This document shows positions 29,197-37,725 of a DNA stretch of 64,000 nt, piece by piece. The position numbers and the translations under genes are program-made. The DNA is from Nitrosopumilus sp. GTDB taxonomy: Archaea > Thermoproteota > Nitrososphaeria > Nitrososphaerales > Nitrosopumilaceae. Below the pieces are notes generated by a model. That model saw only the letters and a list, made by a program, of their open reading frames with translations. It was not told the DNA's origin and ran no database searches. Every line of letters begins with the position of its first letter. Position 1 is the stretch's first letter. The stretch is from NCBI GenBank assembly GCA_965218785.1, contig OZ244650.1:512001-576000 (forward strand). Reading direction: 5' to 3'.

Positions 29197-29883
29197 ATGG
29201 TCGATGTTACATTGGTAAGATACTCCTTTGAGGGTGAAAAGTTTGAACTCTTGGTAAAGCCTGATCCTGCACTAGATTACAAGCTGGGAAAAAAGAAGGA
29301 AATTTCTGCAGTTTTGGTTTCAGAAGACATCTACACTGATTCAGGAAAGGGCACAAAGCCATCTGCTGAAAAACTGCTCAAGGTCTTTAAAACCGAAGAC
29401 CTGACTGAGATTGCTCAGATAATTATGCAGAAAGGTGATCTGAATCTTACGACTGATCAAAGACGGAAAATGGTTGATGACAAGAAAAAACAGATTGTAG
29501 AGTTCATTGCAAAGACCTACGTAGATCCCAAGACCCATCTACCTCATCCTCCACTGCGAATAGAGAATGCCATGAAGGATGCCAGAATCTCAGTCGAACC
29601 ACAAAAGGGTGTAGAGGAACAGGTAAAAGACATCGTTGAAAAACTGCGTTCTATAATCGCATTAAAATCCGAGAACCTCACATTGGAGATTATAATTCCT
29701 GCACAATTTGCCTCCCAGTCCTACTCTGTTCTCAAATCCGTAGGATCCCTCAAAAACGAAGAGTGGCAAAACAACGGTTCCCTAAAAGCAATACTTGAAA
29801 TACCTGCTGCGGCAAGACCAAACGTGATAGACAGATTGGGTTCTATAACCAAGGGTTCTGCTTTAGTTGAGGTAATGAAATGA
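29197..29883 (+). CDS. Ribosome maturation factor SBDS/Sdo1
   Basis: GEKFELLV, LTTDQRR and DPKTHLPHPPLRIENAM motifs; first gene of the exosome cluster. Confidence 0.96.
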   Translation: MVDVTLVRYSFEGEKFELLVKPDPALDYKLGKKKEISAVLVSEDIYTDSGKGTKPSAEKLLKVFKTEDLTEIAQIIMQKGDLNLTTDQRRKMVDDKKKQIVEFIAKTYVDPKTHLPHPPLRIENAMKDARISVEPQKGVEEQVKDIVEKLRSIIALKSENLTLEIIIPAQFASQSYSVLKSVGSLKNEEWQNNGSLKAILEIPAAARPNVIDRLGSITKGSALVEVMK

Positions 29884-30563
29884 TGGAAAACAAGCGAAAA
29901 TATGTTATTCCAGGTGATCTAGTAACCACGGGACCATTCAGACCCGAACAAAACGTCATACTTGATGGAAACAAGATAATCTCCACCACCGTCGGAATTT
30001 CTGAAATTTATGATGACTCTGTCCGCGTTATACCACTAACTGGAAAATATATTCCAAAAATCAACGACCTTGTAATCGGCAAAGTCCTCTCTCACACCTC
30101 CCTGTCATGGGAGCTTGATATCAATTCATGTTATGTTGGATTCCTGCCTGCACAAGATGTCTTTGGACGGGACTTTTCTGCCCATGCCGATGAACTTACC
30201 TCGAAACTCAAATCAGGAGATCTGGTTGCTACCAGAATTGCTAATTTTGACCGGACAAGGGATCCACTCGTAACAATATCTGATCGAGATCTAGGTAAAA
30301 TTGACTCTGGGATGCTTGTAACAATCTCTCCAAACAAGGTTCCACGCCTGATTGGAAAAAGAGGCAGCATGATTCAGACAATTGAGATGGCCACTAATGC
30401 CACAATTACAATTGGACAGAACGGCTGGATAGTGGTTTCATGCGAGTCTTCCGAGGGATTATTAAAGGCTAAAAAAGCAATACAATTGGTCGATGAGAAA
30501 GCACACGTTGCAAATTTGACTGATCAAGTGAAAGAAATGTTAGAATCAAAAGGTGAATCATAA
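29880..30563 (+). CDS. rrp4: Exosome RNA-binding subunit Rrp4
   Basis: S1 + KH domains (VPRLIGKRGSMI, IGQNGWI). Confidence 0.96.
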   Translation: MMENKRKYVIPGDLVTTGPFRPEQNVILDGNKIISTTVGISEIYDDSVRVIPLTGKYIPKINDLVIGKVLSHTSLSWELDINSCYVGFLPAQDVFGRDFSAHADELTSKLKSGDLVATRIANFDRTRDPLVTISDRDLGKIDSGMLVTISPNKVPRLIGKRGSMIQTIEMATNATITIGQNGWIVVSCESSEGLLKAKKAIQLVDEKAHVANLTDQVKEMLESKGES

Positions 30564-31297
30564 TGGGTGGAAGAGATGCTACAATGGTTCTTTTGGACGA
30601 AAATGGAATTCGATGTGACGGAAGAAAAGTCGATGAACCAAGACGAATCATGATTAAAGCAGGCGGACTAAAAAATGCAGACGGTTCTGCCTATATAGAA
30701 TTTGGAAATAATAAAATACTTGTTGGCATATTTGGTCCAAGGGATGTCCATCCAAAACACATGTCAAATACCGACACGGGGATTTTGAGGGTCAGATATC
30801 ACATGGAGCCCTTTTCAGTTAGCGAAAGAAAAAATCCCGCCCCTTCAAGAAGGGAGATTGAAATTTCCAAGGTAATCAAGGAGGCATTAGAGCCTGCCGT
30901 CATGTTGGAAAAATTCCCAAGAACCGCAGTCGATGTATTTATCGAAGTCCTGCAGGCAGATGGCGGTACCAGATGTGCGGCATTATCTGCGGCATCTGTG
31001 GCACTAGCTGATGCCGGAATTCCGATGAGGGACATGGTTGCATCCTGTGCCGCAGGCAAGGTAGCAGACACCATAGTGCTTGATGTCAACAATGAGGAAG
31101 ACCAGGCAGGTCAGGCAGACATGCCGATAGGTTACATGCCAAGTCTTGAAAAGATCACTTTATTACAACTAGACGGCATTCTTAGTCCTGAAGAATACAA
31201 AAAATGCGTCCAGGTTGGAATTGACGGATGCAAAATTGTCTATGACCTGCAAAAAAAGGCGCTCAACGACAAATACTTTGGAAAGGGGGATTCGTAG
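30563..31297 (+). CDS. rrp41: Exosome exonuclease Rrp41
   Basis: RNase PH fold; ADGSAYIE, RREIEISKVI and QADGGTR motifs. Confidence 0.97.
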   Translation: MGGRDATMVLLDENGIRCDGRKVDEPRRIMIKAGGLKNADGSAYIEFGNNKILVGIFGPRDVHPKHMSNTDTGILRVRYHMEPFSVSERKNPAPSRREIEISKVIKEALEPAVMLEKFPRTAVDVFIEVLQADGGTRCAALSAASVALADAGIPMRDMVASCAAGKVADTIVLDVNNEEDQAGQADMPIGYMPSLEKITLLQLDGILSPEEYKKCVQVGIDGCKIVYDLQKKALNDKYFGKGDS

Positions 31298-31299
31298 AA

Positions 31300-32121
31300 A
31301 TGGCTTCACGTTCTGTTATTGATGATTTAAAAAAGACACAGATTCTAGAACTGCTTGAACAGGGAAAAAGAATAGACGGACGCGCATTAGATGAGACAAG
31401 AAAAATTATAATTGAGACTGATGCAATTCCAAAGGCAAATGGCTCGGCAAGGGTCCGTCTTGGTGAGACTGAGGTTGTGTGCGGTGTAAAGATACAACCA
31501 GACAGGCCTTTTCCGGACATGGGTGACAAGGGCATCTTCATCTGCACTGCAGAATTACTGCCCCTCTCACATCCTACTGTTGAAACCGGTCCGCCAGGAC
31601 CTGCCGTTATCGAGCTAGCAAGGGTAGTAGACAGGGGAATTAGGGAGAGTCACATGGTTGACGTATCACAGCTAGTCATTGAAAAGAACAAGTCAGTAGT
31701 CGGCATATTTGCCGATAATGTGGTAGTTGATTACGATGGAAACCTCTTTGATGCCTGCTCTTATGCCTCTACTGCCGCGTTACTTTCGGCCAAAACCCCC
31801 AAATGGAACTGGGTTGATGACGCCCCGGCACTCGCCGATGATAAAGTATCCTCCGTACCAGTAACAACAATTCCGGTGTCAGTGACCATGGGAAAGATTG
31901 GAAGCCACATCATAGTTGATCCAAACGGCGATGAGTGGGCCAGCATGGATGCCCGGGTTACAATTACCACCAATTCTGATGGGAACATCTGTGCATTACA
32001 AAAGGGCGGAGCTGATGGATTCACGCAAGAGGAGATCAACCAATGTGGGGAGATCTCAGTTAGGGTCGGCGCAAAAATAAGAGAACAGTTAAAACAAGCC
32101 CAGCAGCAGGCAGGCCAATAA
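31300..32121 (+). CDS. rrp42: Exosome subunit Rrp42
   Basis: RIDGR, ELARVVDRGIRES and DGNLFDA motifs. Confidence 0.97.
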   Translation: MASRSVIDDLKKTQILELLEQGKRIDGRALDETRKIIIETDAIPKANGSARVRLGETEVVCGVKIQPDRPFPDMGDKGIFICTAELLPLSHPTVETGPPGPAVIELARVVDRGIRESHMVDVSQLVIEKNKSVVGIFADNVVVDYDGNLFDACSYASTAALLSAKTPKWNWVDDAPALADDKVSSVPVTTIPVSVTMGKIGSHIIVDPNGDEWASMDARVTITTNSDGNICALQKGGADGFTQEEINQCGEISVRVGAKIREQLKQAQQQAGQ

Positions 32122-32122
32122 A

Positions 32123-32335
32123 ATGGCAAAAGCAAAAAAATCCCTCAAGGGACTTGGGGCGCGGTACGGAATCAAACTTCGAAAACAGTATACAAAAATC
32201 CATCTTCAACTAAAGGAGAAGAGAACCTGCCCAGAATGCGGTTCAAAGACGTTTGGCCGGGATGCCGTGGGGATCTGGTCGTGCAAGAAATGCAGCTACA
32301 AGGTGGCCGGAACGGCATACGATGTTAAATTATAG
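32123..32335 (+). CDS. rpl37ae: 50S ribosomal protein L37Ae (eL43)
   Basis: GARYG, CPECG and GIWSCKKC motifs. Confidence 0.96.
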   Translation: MAKAKKSLKGLGARYGIKLRKQYTKIHLQLKEKRTCPECGSKTFGRDAVGIWSCKKCSYKVAGTAYDVKL

Positions 32336-32564
32336 TGCAAAAATAACAGTTGATGCCAAGGACAGGACAAAGGCAGTTTTTGATTCTGTAAATATTGACA
32401 ATGAGTTTTATCCGGAAAATCCCGTAAAAACCAAGATGACATTTGACAAAGAGATCGTCATTTCAGTTGAATCCAACCACCTGCCACACCTTAGAGCAAA
32501 CCTCAATTCCACACTTAGACTGATTCAGGCCAGCTATGATTCAATTGAATCGGTAAAGATATAA
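32322..32564 (+). CDS. pcc1: KEOPS complex subunit Pcc1
   Basis: LRANLNSTLRLI motif; lies between L37Ae and prefoldin; start ATG 32322. Confidence 0.85.
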   Translation: MLNYSAKITVDAKDRTKAVFDSVNIDNEFYPENPVKTKMTFDKEIVISVESNHLPHLRANLNSTLRLIQASYDSIESVKI

Positions 32565-32587
32565 TGAAACGGAATTTGTGATCATAC

Positions 32588-32977
32588 ATGTCATCCCCGC
32601 AGATGCCTCCATGGCTTCAGGAACAACTAATGAGATTACAGCAAACCCAGCAGGATCTCCAGTCAGTCATGACTCAGATGCAGCATCTTGATATTGAAGG
32701 AGCCGAAACAGAAAAGGCCCTTGAGGAACTAAAAAAGGCAGCAGACGATGACGTCGTATTCAAGCACGCAGGCACTGTCCTAATCAAATCAACAAAACAG
32801 GAACTAACGGCTCAACTAGAAGAAAGACAGGCCATGACCAAAACGCGCCGGATAGTCATTGAAAAGCAGCAGACACGTCTCAAGGAATCCCTCAAAGAGC
32901 AGGAGACGAAAATTACCGAAATGATGAAAACCGGTTCTACAGTCTCTTCCCCGACAGAAGACAATCCTAGGAAATAG
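32588..32977 (+). CDS. pfdB: Prefoldin beta subunit
   Basis: Coiled coil-VFKHAGTVLI-coiled coil architecture. Confidence 0.93.
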   Translation: MSSPQMPPWLQEQLMRLQQTQQDLQSVMTQMQHLDIEGAETEKALEELKKAADDDVVFKHAGTVLIKSTKQELTAQLEERQAMTKTRRIVIEKQQTRLKESLKEQETKITEMMKTGSTVSSPTEDNPRK

Positions 32978-33029
32978 CATTCTGAATAAATTTCAAACAA
33001 GATATTAACAAATCATTTCAACTAACATC

Positions 33030-33722
33030 ATGAAGCCGGAGAATCTTCGAATAATCGTAGATGAAAGGGAGCGAAAAAGCGGAATCCCCGAACTTTTAAA
33101 ATCAGTCGGTCTGAACATGGAGATGAAGACACTTCCAATCGGGGATTACATTGTTGCACCAGAAACCGTTGTAGAAAGAAAAACCATCCGTGATCTAATG
33201 TCGTCCATATTTGATGGAAGACTCTTTGATCAGTGCTCCCGACTCAAGGAGCACTTTGAACATCCGATTCTCCTAATTGAAGGCAATGTTGATGAAATCG
33301 AGGACATTACTGAGAACCCGCTGGTATTTTATGGTTCCATCTCCGCTGTAGTTCTTGACTTTAAAATTCCGGTAATACCGACTCCTAGTGCGGCCCATAC
33401 TGCCAAGCTGTTGGTGTCGATGTGTTCAAAAAAGTATTCCGCAAAGGGCCCTTATCTGAAAAGAATCAAAAAATCCTCGGATTTGGAGAAACAACAACTC
33501 TCGGTTCTTTGCAGCCTGCCGGGAATAGGGGAAAAATTTGCAGTCCGAATGCTTGAAAGGTTTGGAACTCCTTTCAAAGTTTTTACTGCGACTGCCGCTG
33601 ATCTTGCAAAGGTGGATGGACTGGGTCAGGCGCGTGCAAAGAAGATCAAAAAAATGCTCGATTCCAAAAGCAAGCTTTTTAAAAAATCCAGTCAAAAGAC
33701 ACTGCATGATGCCAGCACTTGA
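33030..33722 (+). CDS. xpf: XPF/ERCC4 structure-specific endonuclease (short form with HhH)
   Basis: VDERE, GDY, VERKT..D and DGRLFDQ motifs; two HhH motifs. Confidence 0.93.
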   Translation: MKPENLRIIVDERERKSGIPELLKSVGLNMEMKTLPIGDYIVAPETVVERKTIRDLMSSIFDGRLFDQCSRLKEHFEHPILLIEGNVDEIEDITENPLVFYGSISAVVLDFKIPVIPTPSAAHTAKLLVSMCSKKYSAKGPYLKRIKKSSDLEKQQLSVLCSLPGIGEKFAVRMLERFGTPFKVFTATAADLAKVDGLGQARAKKIKKMLDSKSKLFKKSSQKTLHDAST

Positions 33723-33735
33723 TATGAATTATCAG

Positions 33736-34239
33736 TTATTCGTTGGATAGAATCGCAGATTCATTCTTGAGCAGCTTTCTCTTTAGCGGGGTTGCACACA
33801 TCGGGCACTCTTTTGCACCTGAATGCTCTGTTCTACATCCCGGACAGTAGTGAATCCATTTTCCCACGGTTTTGATTCCCTGGGTCATTATTGGTGATAT
33901 CTTCAAACCCAGATTTTTTATCACGTTTGAAATTGCAAAATCATCACTGATTATCTCCCCGTTCATCTCTATGCACAATGCAATAATTGAAATATCCTGC
34001 TTTGATAACTGTGGAAGATCCCCCGTATCCCTTGCCGCCCTTGTTGCAGTAGCCGTTGATTCCTTCTCCGGCTCTCTGATTTTTAACCTGTTGGTTTCAA
34101 GCAGGGTTCCAAGCACGTCGTGACTTTTTTTTATATGCTTGATTTCCTCATAAACCAGGGAAGTCGTATAGCAGTCATTTGATGATCTAAATGGCACCCC
34201 TGCATAAAACGCACTAGCGTCTAAAATCCTATAGTCCAT
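33736..34239 (-). CDS. nob1: Nob1 PIN-domain rRNA endonuclease
   Basis: LDASAF, LSKQD and SDDFAISN motifs; CPGC..CPMC Zn ribbon. Confidence 0.92.
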   Translation of the reverse strand: MDYRILDASAFYAGVPFRSSNDCYTTSLVYEEIKHIKKSHDVLGTLLETNRLKIREPEKESTATATRAARDTGDLPQLSKQDISIIALCIEMNGEIISDDFAISNVIKNLGLKISPIMTQGIKTVGKWIHYCPGCRTEHSGAKECPMCATPLKRKLLKNESAILSNE

Positions 34240-34527
34240 CTTTATGTGGTTCCTTGGTTTCCAGTCATTTTATCTGCGGGCCGTTCATCACAAATACGTA
34301 TAATGTCAAAAGTAATTCTGCCGTTTTCTGATTTTAGCACTGGGTAATAATCAAGAATGACGTGTTATAAGTGTGAATGTCATTTGACCAGTCCCCCGTG
34401 TCTTTGTTAGATGTCACCAGGATGTCCAACATCATACGTGTGTTCTGAATGGAGGGCACATGAAAAAACATCGTAGATGAGGTCATGGCTAGGATTTAGG
34501 GCAGGTGACTCATACTCACCAAACCTG

Positions 34528-35343
34528 TTAGAATCCAAGCTTGCTCATCTGTCTTAACCCGCGTTTCTTCAGTCTTACAAAGACTGCCGGTTTTTTGTAC
34601 TTTCTGATAATTATCGATTCCCCGTATCCTGCAGATTTGACAACCTGGGCATCCATCACGATATTACAATCATGGGAACACGTGATCTCAATCTTTTCAT
34701 CTGGAACCACGATCGATTCGAGTCTGTATACTGGCGCGACAGGTGTGATGATTAGAACATCCAGACTTTCATGTAAAATCGGACCGCCCAGTGAAAATGA
34801 GTGGCCAGTTGATCCGCTGGGGGTTGCAATGATCACGCCGTCCATCTTTTGTTTTACGTTATCGTTTTGAAATTTTATCTGAATCTCTGCAGTCTTTGTC
34901 AGGTTTGTCCTGCTGATGTATATCTCGTTTAATGCCGGTGGAAATTCCTTCCCCTCACAGGATGCCATTACCCTTGTTCTTTTGTCCAAGAAGAACTTGT
35001 CCTTTAAAATCTGATCAATTGCCTCATCAAACTCTTCGATTGTTATTTCAGATAAAATCCCCCTGTTTCCGCCCACGTTGATTGTCAAAATCGGCGTCTC
35101 GTTTTCGAGATTTCTAAATACACGAAGCGTGGTTCCGTCTCCCCCCAGGGTAATGACAAGATCAAGTTTTATCTTTCTCAGATCTTCTAGTGCCTCAATC
35201 TTTTTTGCCCCCTCCACCTGAACCGGTGAAATCGTGTAGACTGTGGATTTTTTTATCAAAAGCTTTCTTACAACATTGTCTGCCGCCCTTTCTGAATCAC
35301 TTGATCCAACCTTGCTTACTACTGCGACTTTTTGTAGTTTCAA
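34528..35343 (-). CDS. nadK: NAD kinase
   Basis: LGGDGT, NE and DGVIIATPSGSTGHSFSLGGP motifs. Confidence 0.94.
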   Translation of the reverse strand: MKLQKVAVVSKVGSSDSERAADNVVRKLLIKKSTVYTISPVQVEGAKKIEALEDLRKIKLDLVITLGGDGTTLRVFRNLENETPILTINVGGNRGILSEITIEEFDEAIDQILKDKFFLDKRTRVMASCEGKEFPPALNEIYISRTNLTKTAEIQIKFQNDNVKQKMDGVIIATPSGSTGHSFSLGGPILHESLDVLIITPVAPVYRLESIVVPDEKIEITCSHDCNIVMDAQVVKSAGYGESIIIRKYKKPAVFVRLKKRGLRQMSKLGF

Positions 35344-35533
35344 ACAGTTCTTCTGTATCCTATTTACTTAAAAATGATATTTTTACAGGCTTTAATGATG
35401 TGCTGATGGTAAGAACAGGTGGAAGATCATCATTTAAAACGGTCTTTACAAAGAAAAACCAGTTTGGGTCTCAAAGATTGCCACGAACCAACCAGAAAAA
35501 CAATTAAGTATGCCAGAGAAATACGTACAATCC

Positions 35534-36379
35534 ATGAGTTATGCACATCCTGAAGTCCTAGTAGACACCGAATGGATATCACAAAACCCGCCCAATGAAA
35601 ACAGGCGACTAGTCGAGGTTGATTATGACCCTGTAAACGGATACCAAAAGGGTCACATCAGTGGCGCCAGCCTTATCTGGTGGAAACGCGACATTAATGA
35701 TCCGGTAACACGGGACATTATTGGCAAGAAACAATTCGAGGCGCTAATGTCCAAAAACGGAATCACATCTGATAGCGAGGTCATTCTTTATGGCGACTTT
35801 AACAACTGGTTTGCCGCATTTGTCTTCTGGGTTTTCAAATATTACGGACATGAGAATCTAAGGATTATGAACGGTGGAAGAAAAAAATGGGAGCTAGAAG
35901 GCAGGAACTATACCACCGATGAGCCACAATCCCCACAGACAGCATACCATGCACAGCCCCCAGATGAGGGACTGCGCGCTTATCTGTTTGATGTAAGCAG
36001 GGCGCTGGGAAGAGAGGATACCGTAATGGTCGATGTAAGATCTCCTGCCGAATTTTCCGGAAAGATCACCGCCCCTCCAGAGTATCCAACAGAGCATGCA
36101 CAAAGGGGCGGGCATATTCCAGATGCAAACAACATCCCATGGGCTACTGCGGTAAATGATGCTGATGGAACATTCAAAACGGCAGAGGAATTAAGACAAA
36201 ACTACGAACCAAAGGGTGTTACTCCCGACAAGGATGTAATCTGTTACTGCAGAATCGGGGAGAGGTCCTCGCACAGCTGGTTTGTCTTAAAGTACCTGCT
36301 GGGATACTCCAAAGTTCGAAACTATGACGGTTCCTGGACTGAATGGGGAAATATGATAGGAAACCCCGTGGAAAAATAA
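35534..36379 (+). CDS. Thiosulfate sulfurtransferase (tandem rhodanese, SseA/CysA type)
   Basis: GHISGA, GGHIP, YCRIGERS and YDGSWTEWG motifs; ORF is open from 35510. Confidence 0.94.
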   Translation: MSYAHPEVLVDTEWISQNPPNENRRLVEVDYDPVNGYQKGHISGASLIWWKRDINDPVTRDIIGKKQFEALMSKNGITSDSEVILYGDFNNWFAAFVFWVFKYYGHENLRIMNGGRKKWELEGRNYTTDEPQSPQTAYHAQPPDEGLRAYLFDVSRALGREDTVMVDVRSPAEFSGKITAPPEYPTEHAQRGGHIPDANNIPWATAVNDADGTFKTAEELRQNYEPKGVTPDKDVICYCRIGERSSHSWFVLKYLLGYSKVRNYDGSWTEWGNMIGNPVEK

Positions 36380-36691
36380 TTGCCTTTAGATCTTTTGGTT
36401 CTTGAAGAGGGGTCCTTTTATTTTATCAAAGACGGCAAAAATGATTTTATCCTGGAGGATAAAACCAAGCGGGGTCTTGCAGTTAAAGAGACGTCAATTG
36501 ATGAGAAATTAGGCGTAAATGCCGACAAGGGCATGATACATGACATGGATGGAATCGGACACCCGGTCCCCATCAGATGGTATTTTTCCAAGGATTCCCA
36601 CGATCTGCCCCACGTGGTACAGCATGCCAAGACAATGGAGGAAAAATACACCCGACTCCGGGAGCTTACCTGTCCTGATGGCGATGACTAA
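36380..36691 (+). CDS. Hypothetical protein
   Basis: 103-aa ORF abutting the rhodanese stop codon (TTG start). Confidence 0.75.
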   Translation: MPLDLLVLEEGSFYFIKDGKNDFILEDKTKRGLAVKETSIDEKLGVNADKGMIHDMDGIGHPVPIRWYFSKDSHDLPHVVQHAKTMEEKYTRLRELTCPDGDD

Positions 36692-36723
36692 ACCTTTTTA
36701 AATAAATTCAAGTTACGATAACC

Positions 36724-37671
36724 ATGTCATTACTGCTAAAAGATCGGGTCTGGTCAATGGAGACCTCCACTGCAAAGCGCGGTGTTTACCCGTTACATGG
36801 ATACAAAATCGGGCTTTATCGGTTACCCATCACACTTGAGGATCCTGCGGAACTAAAATCCGTCCATGACGGCCTCAAAAAGACATTCGAGATGGACATG
36901 TATGCAGACAGAATCTTTGCAACGTACAGCTGGATGGAACAAAACATGAAAGATCCTGATGCAAAGAGATACGAAAAGGCTGATCTGTCAGTTACAGTAG
37001 AAATTGTTACCGGCGAGGTCGTTGATATTATTTATCAAATCTTTCCGATTGAAAAATTCGGCGATCCCAACTGGGTTCGAGATTACAGAAAAAAGGCAGA
37101 TCATTTTGCAAAGATGGTAATTGATACCATTTTACGTAACACCATACTGGCAGACAAGATGATCTCCTATTATGTAAAGACTGAAAAAATCTCCGAGGTT
37201 GCAGCCATCCAAAAGCTCGAAGAACTCACGCCACTGGCAAAAATTGTTCTTGGTGCAAAAGCAAGGGCAATTGAAGCTACAGAGGATGATGATGAGGAAG
37301 ATGACAGTGCCATTGAAATTCCAGACGGTGCCAAACCCGGCCCAATCGACGTTGAATTCAAATCAAAAATAAAACCCTCTGCCTCATACGATGCCCCCGA
37401 ACACACTATCAAGACATGGGGAAGAAGGGGTACAAGCAACGGAATCATGGGAGTCTGGGGGGAGTTTGTTTCAGTGGACTATGATATCTGTATCGCAGAT
37501 GGCGGATGCATCGAGGCATGTCCTGTGGAAGTCTACGAGTGGTTTGATGCCCCCGGAAACCCCGCATCTGCTAAAAAGCCGCTAATGTCAAAAGAACCTG
37601 ACTGTATTTTCTGTCTTGCCTGTGAAGGAGTCTGTCCGCCTCAGGCAATCAAGATCTTTGAGCAAAAATAG
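36724..37671 (+). CDS. Ferredoxin-domain protein: unknown N-terminal domain + Zfx-like 7Fe ferredoxin
   Basis: CIADGGCIEACP and CIFCLACEGVCP motifs; acidic linker. Confidence 0.88.
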   Translation: MSLLLKDRVWSMETSTAKRGVYPLHGYKIGLYRLPITLEDPAELKSVHDGLKKTFEMDMYADRIFATYSWMEQNMKDPDAKRYEKADLSVTVEIVTGEVVDIIYQIFPIEKFGDPNWVRDYRKKADHFAKMVIDTILRNTILADKMISYYVKTEKISEVAAIQKLEELTPLAKIVLGAKARAIEATEDDDEEDDSAIEIPDGAKPGPIDVEFKSKIKPSASYDAPEHTIKTWGRRGTSNGIMGVWGEFVSVDYDICIADGGCIEACPVEVYEWFDAPGNPASAKKPLMSKEPDCIFCLACEGVCPPQAIKIFEQK

Positions 37672-37725
37672 TACAAATTCCTCGCAAGTATAAATAGCGA
37701 ATAGTAATTCTGAGAAACTAGGGAC

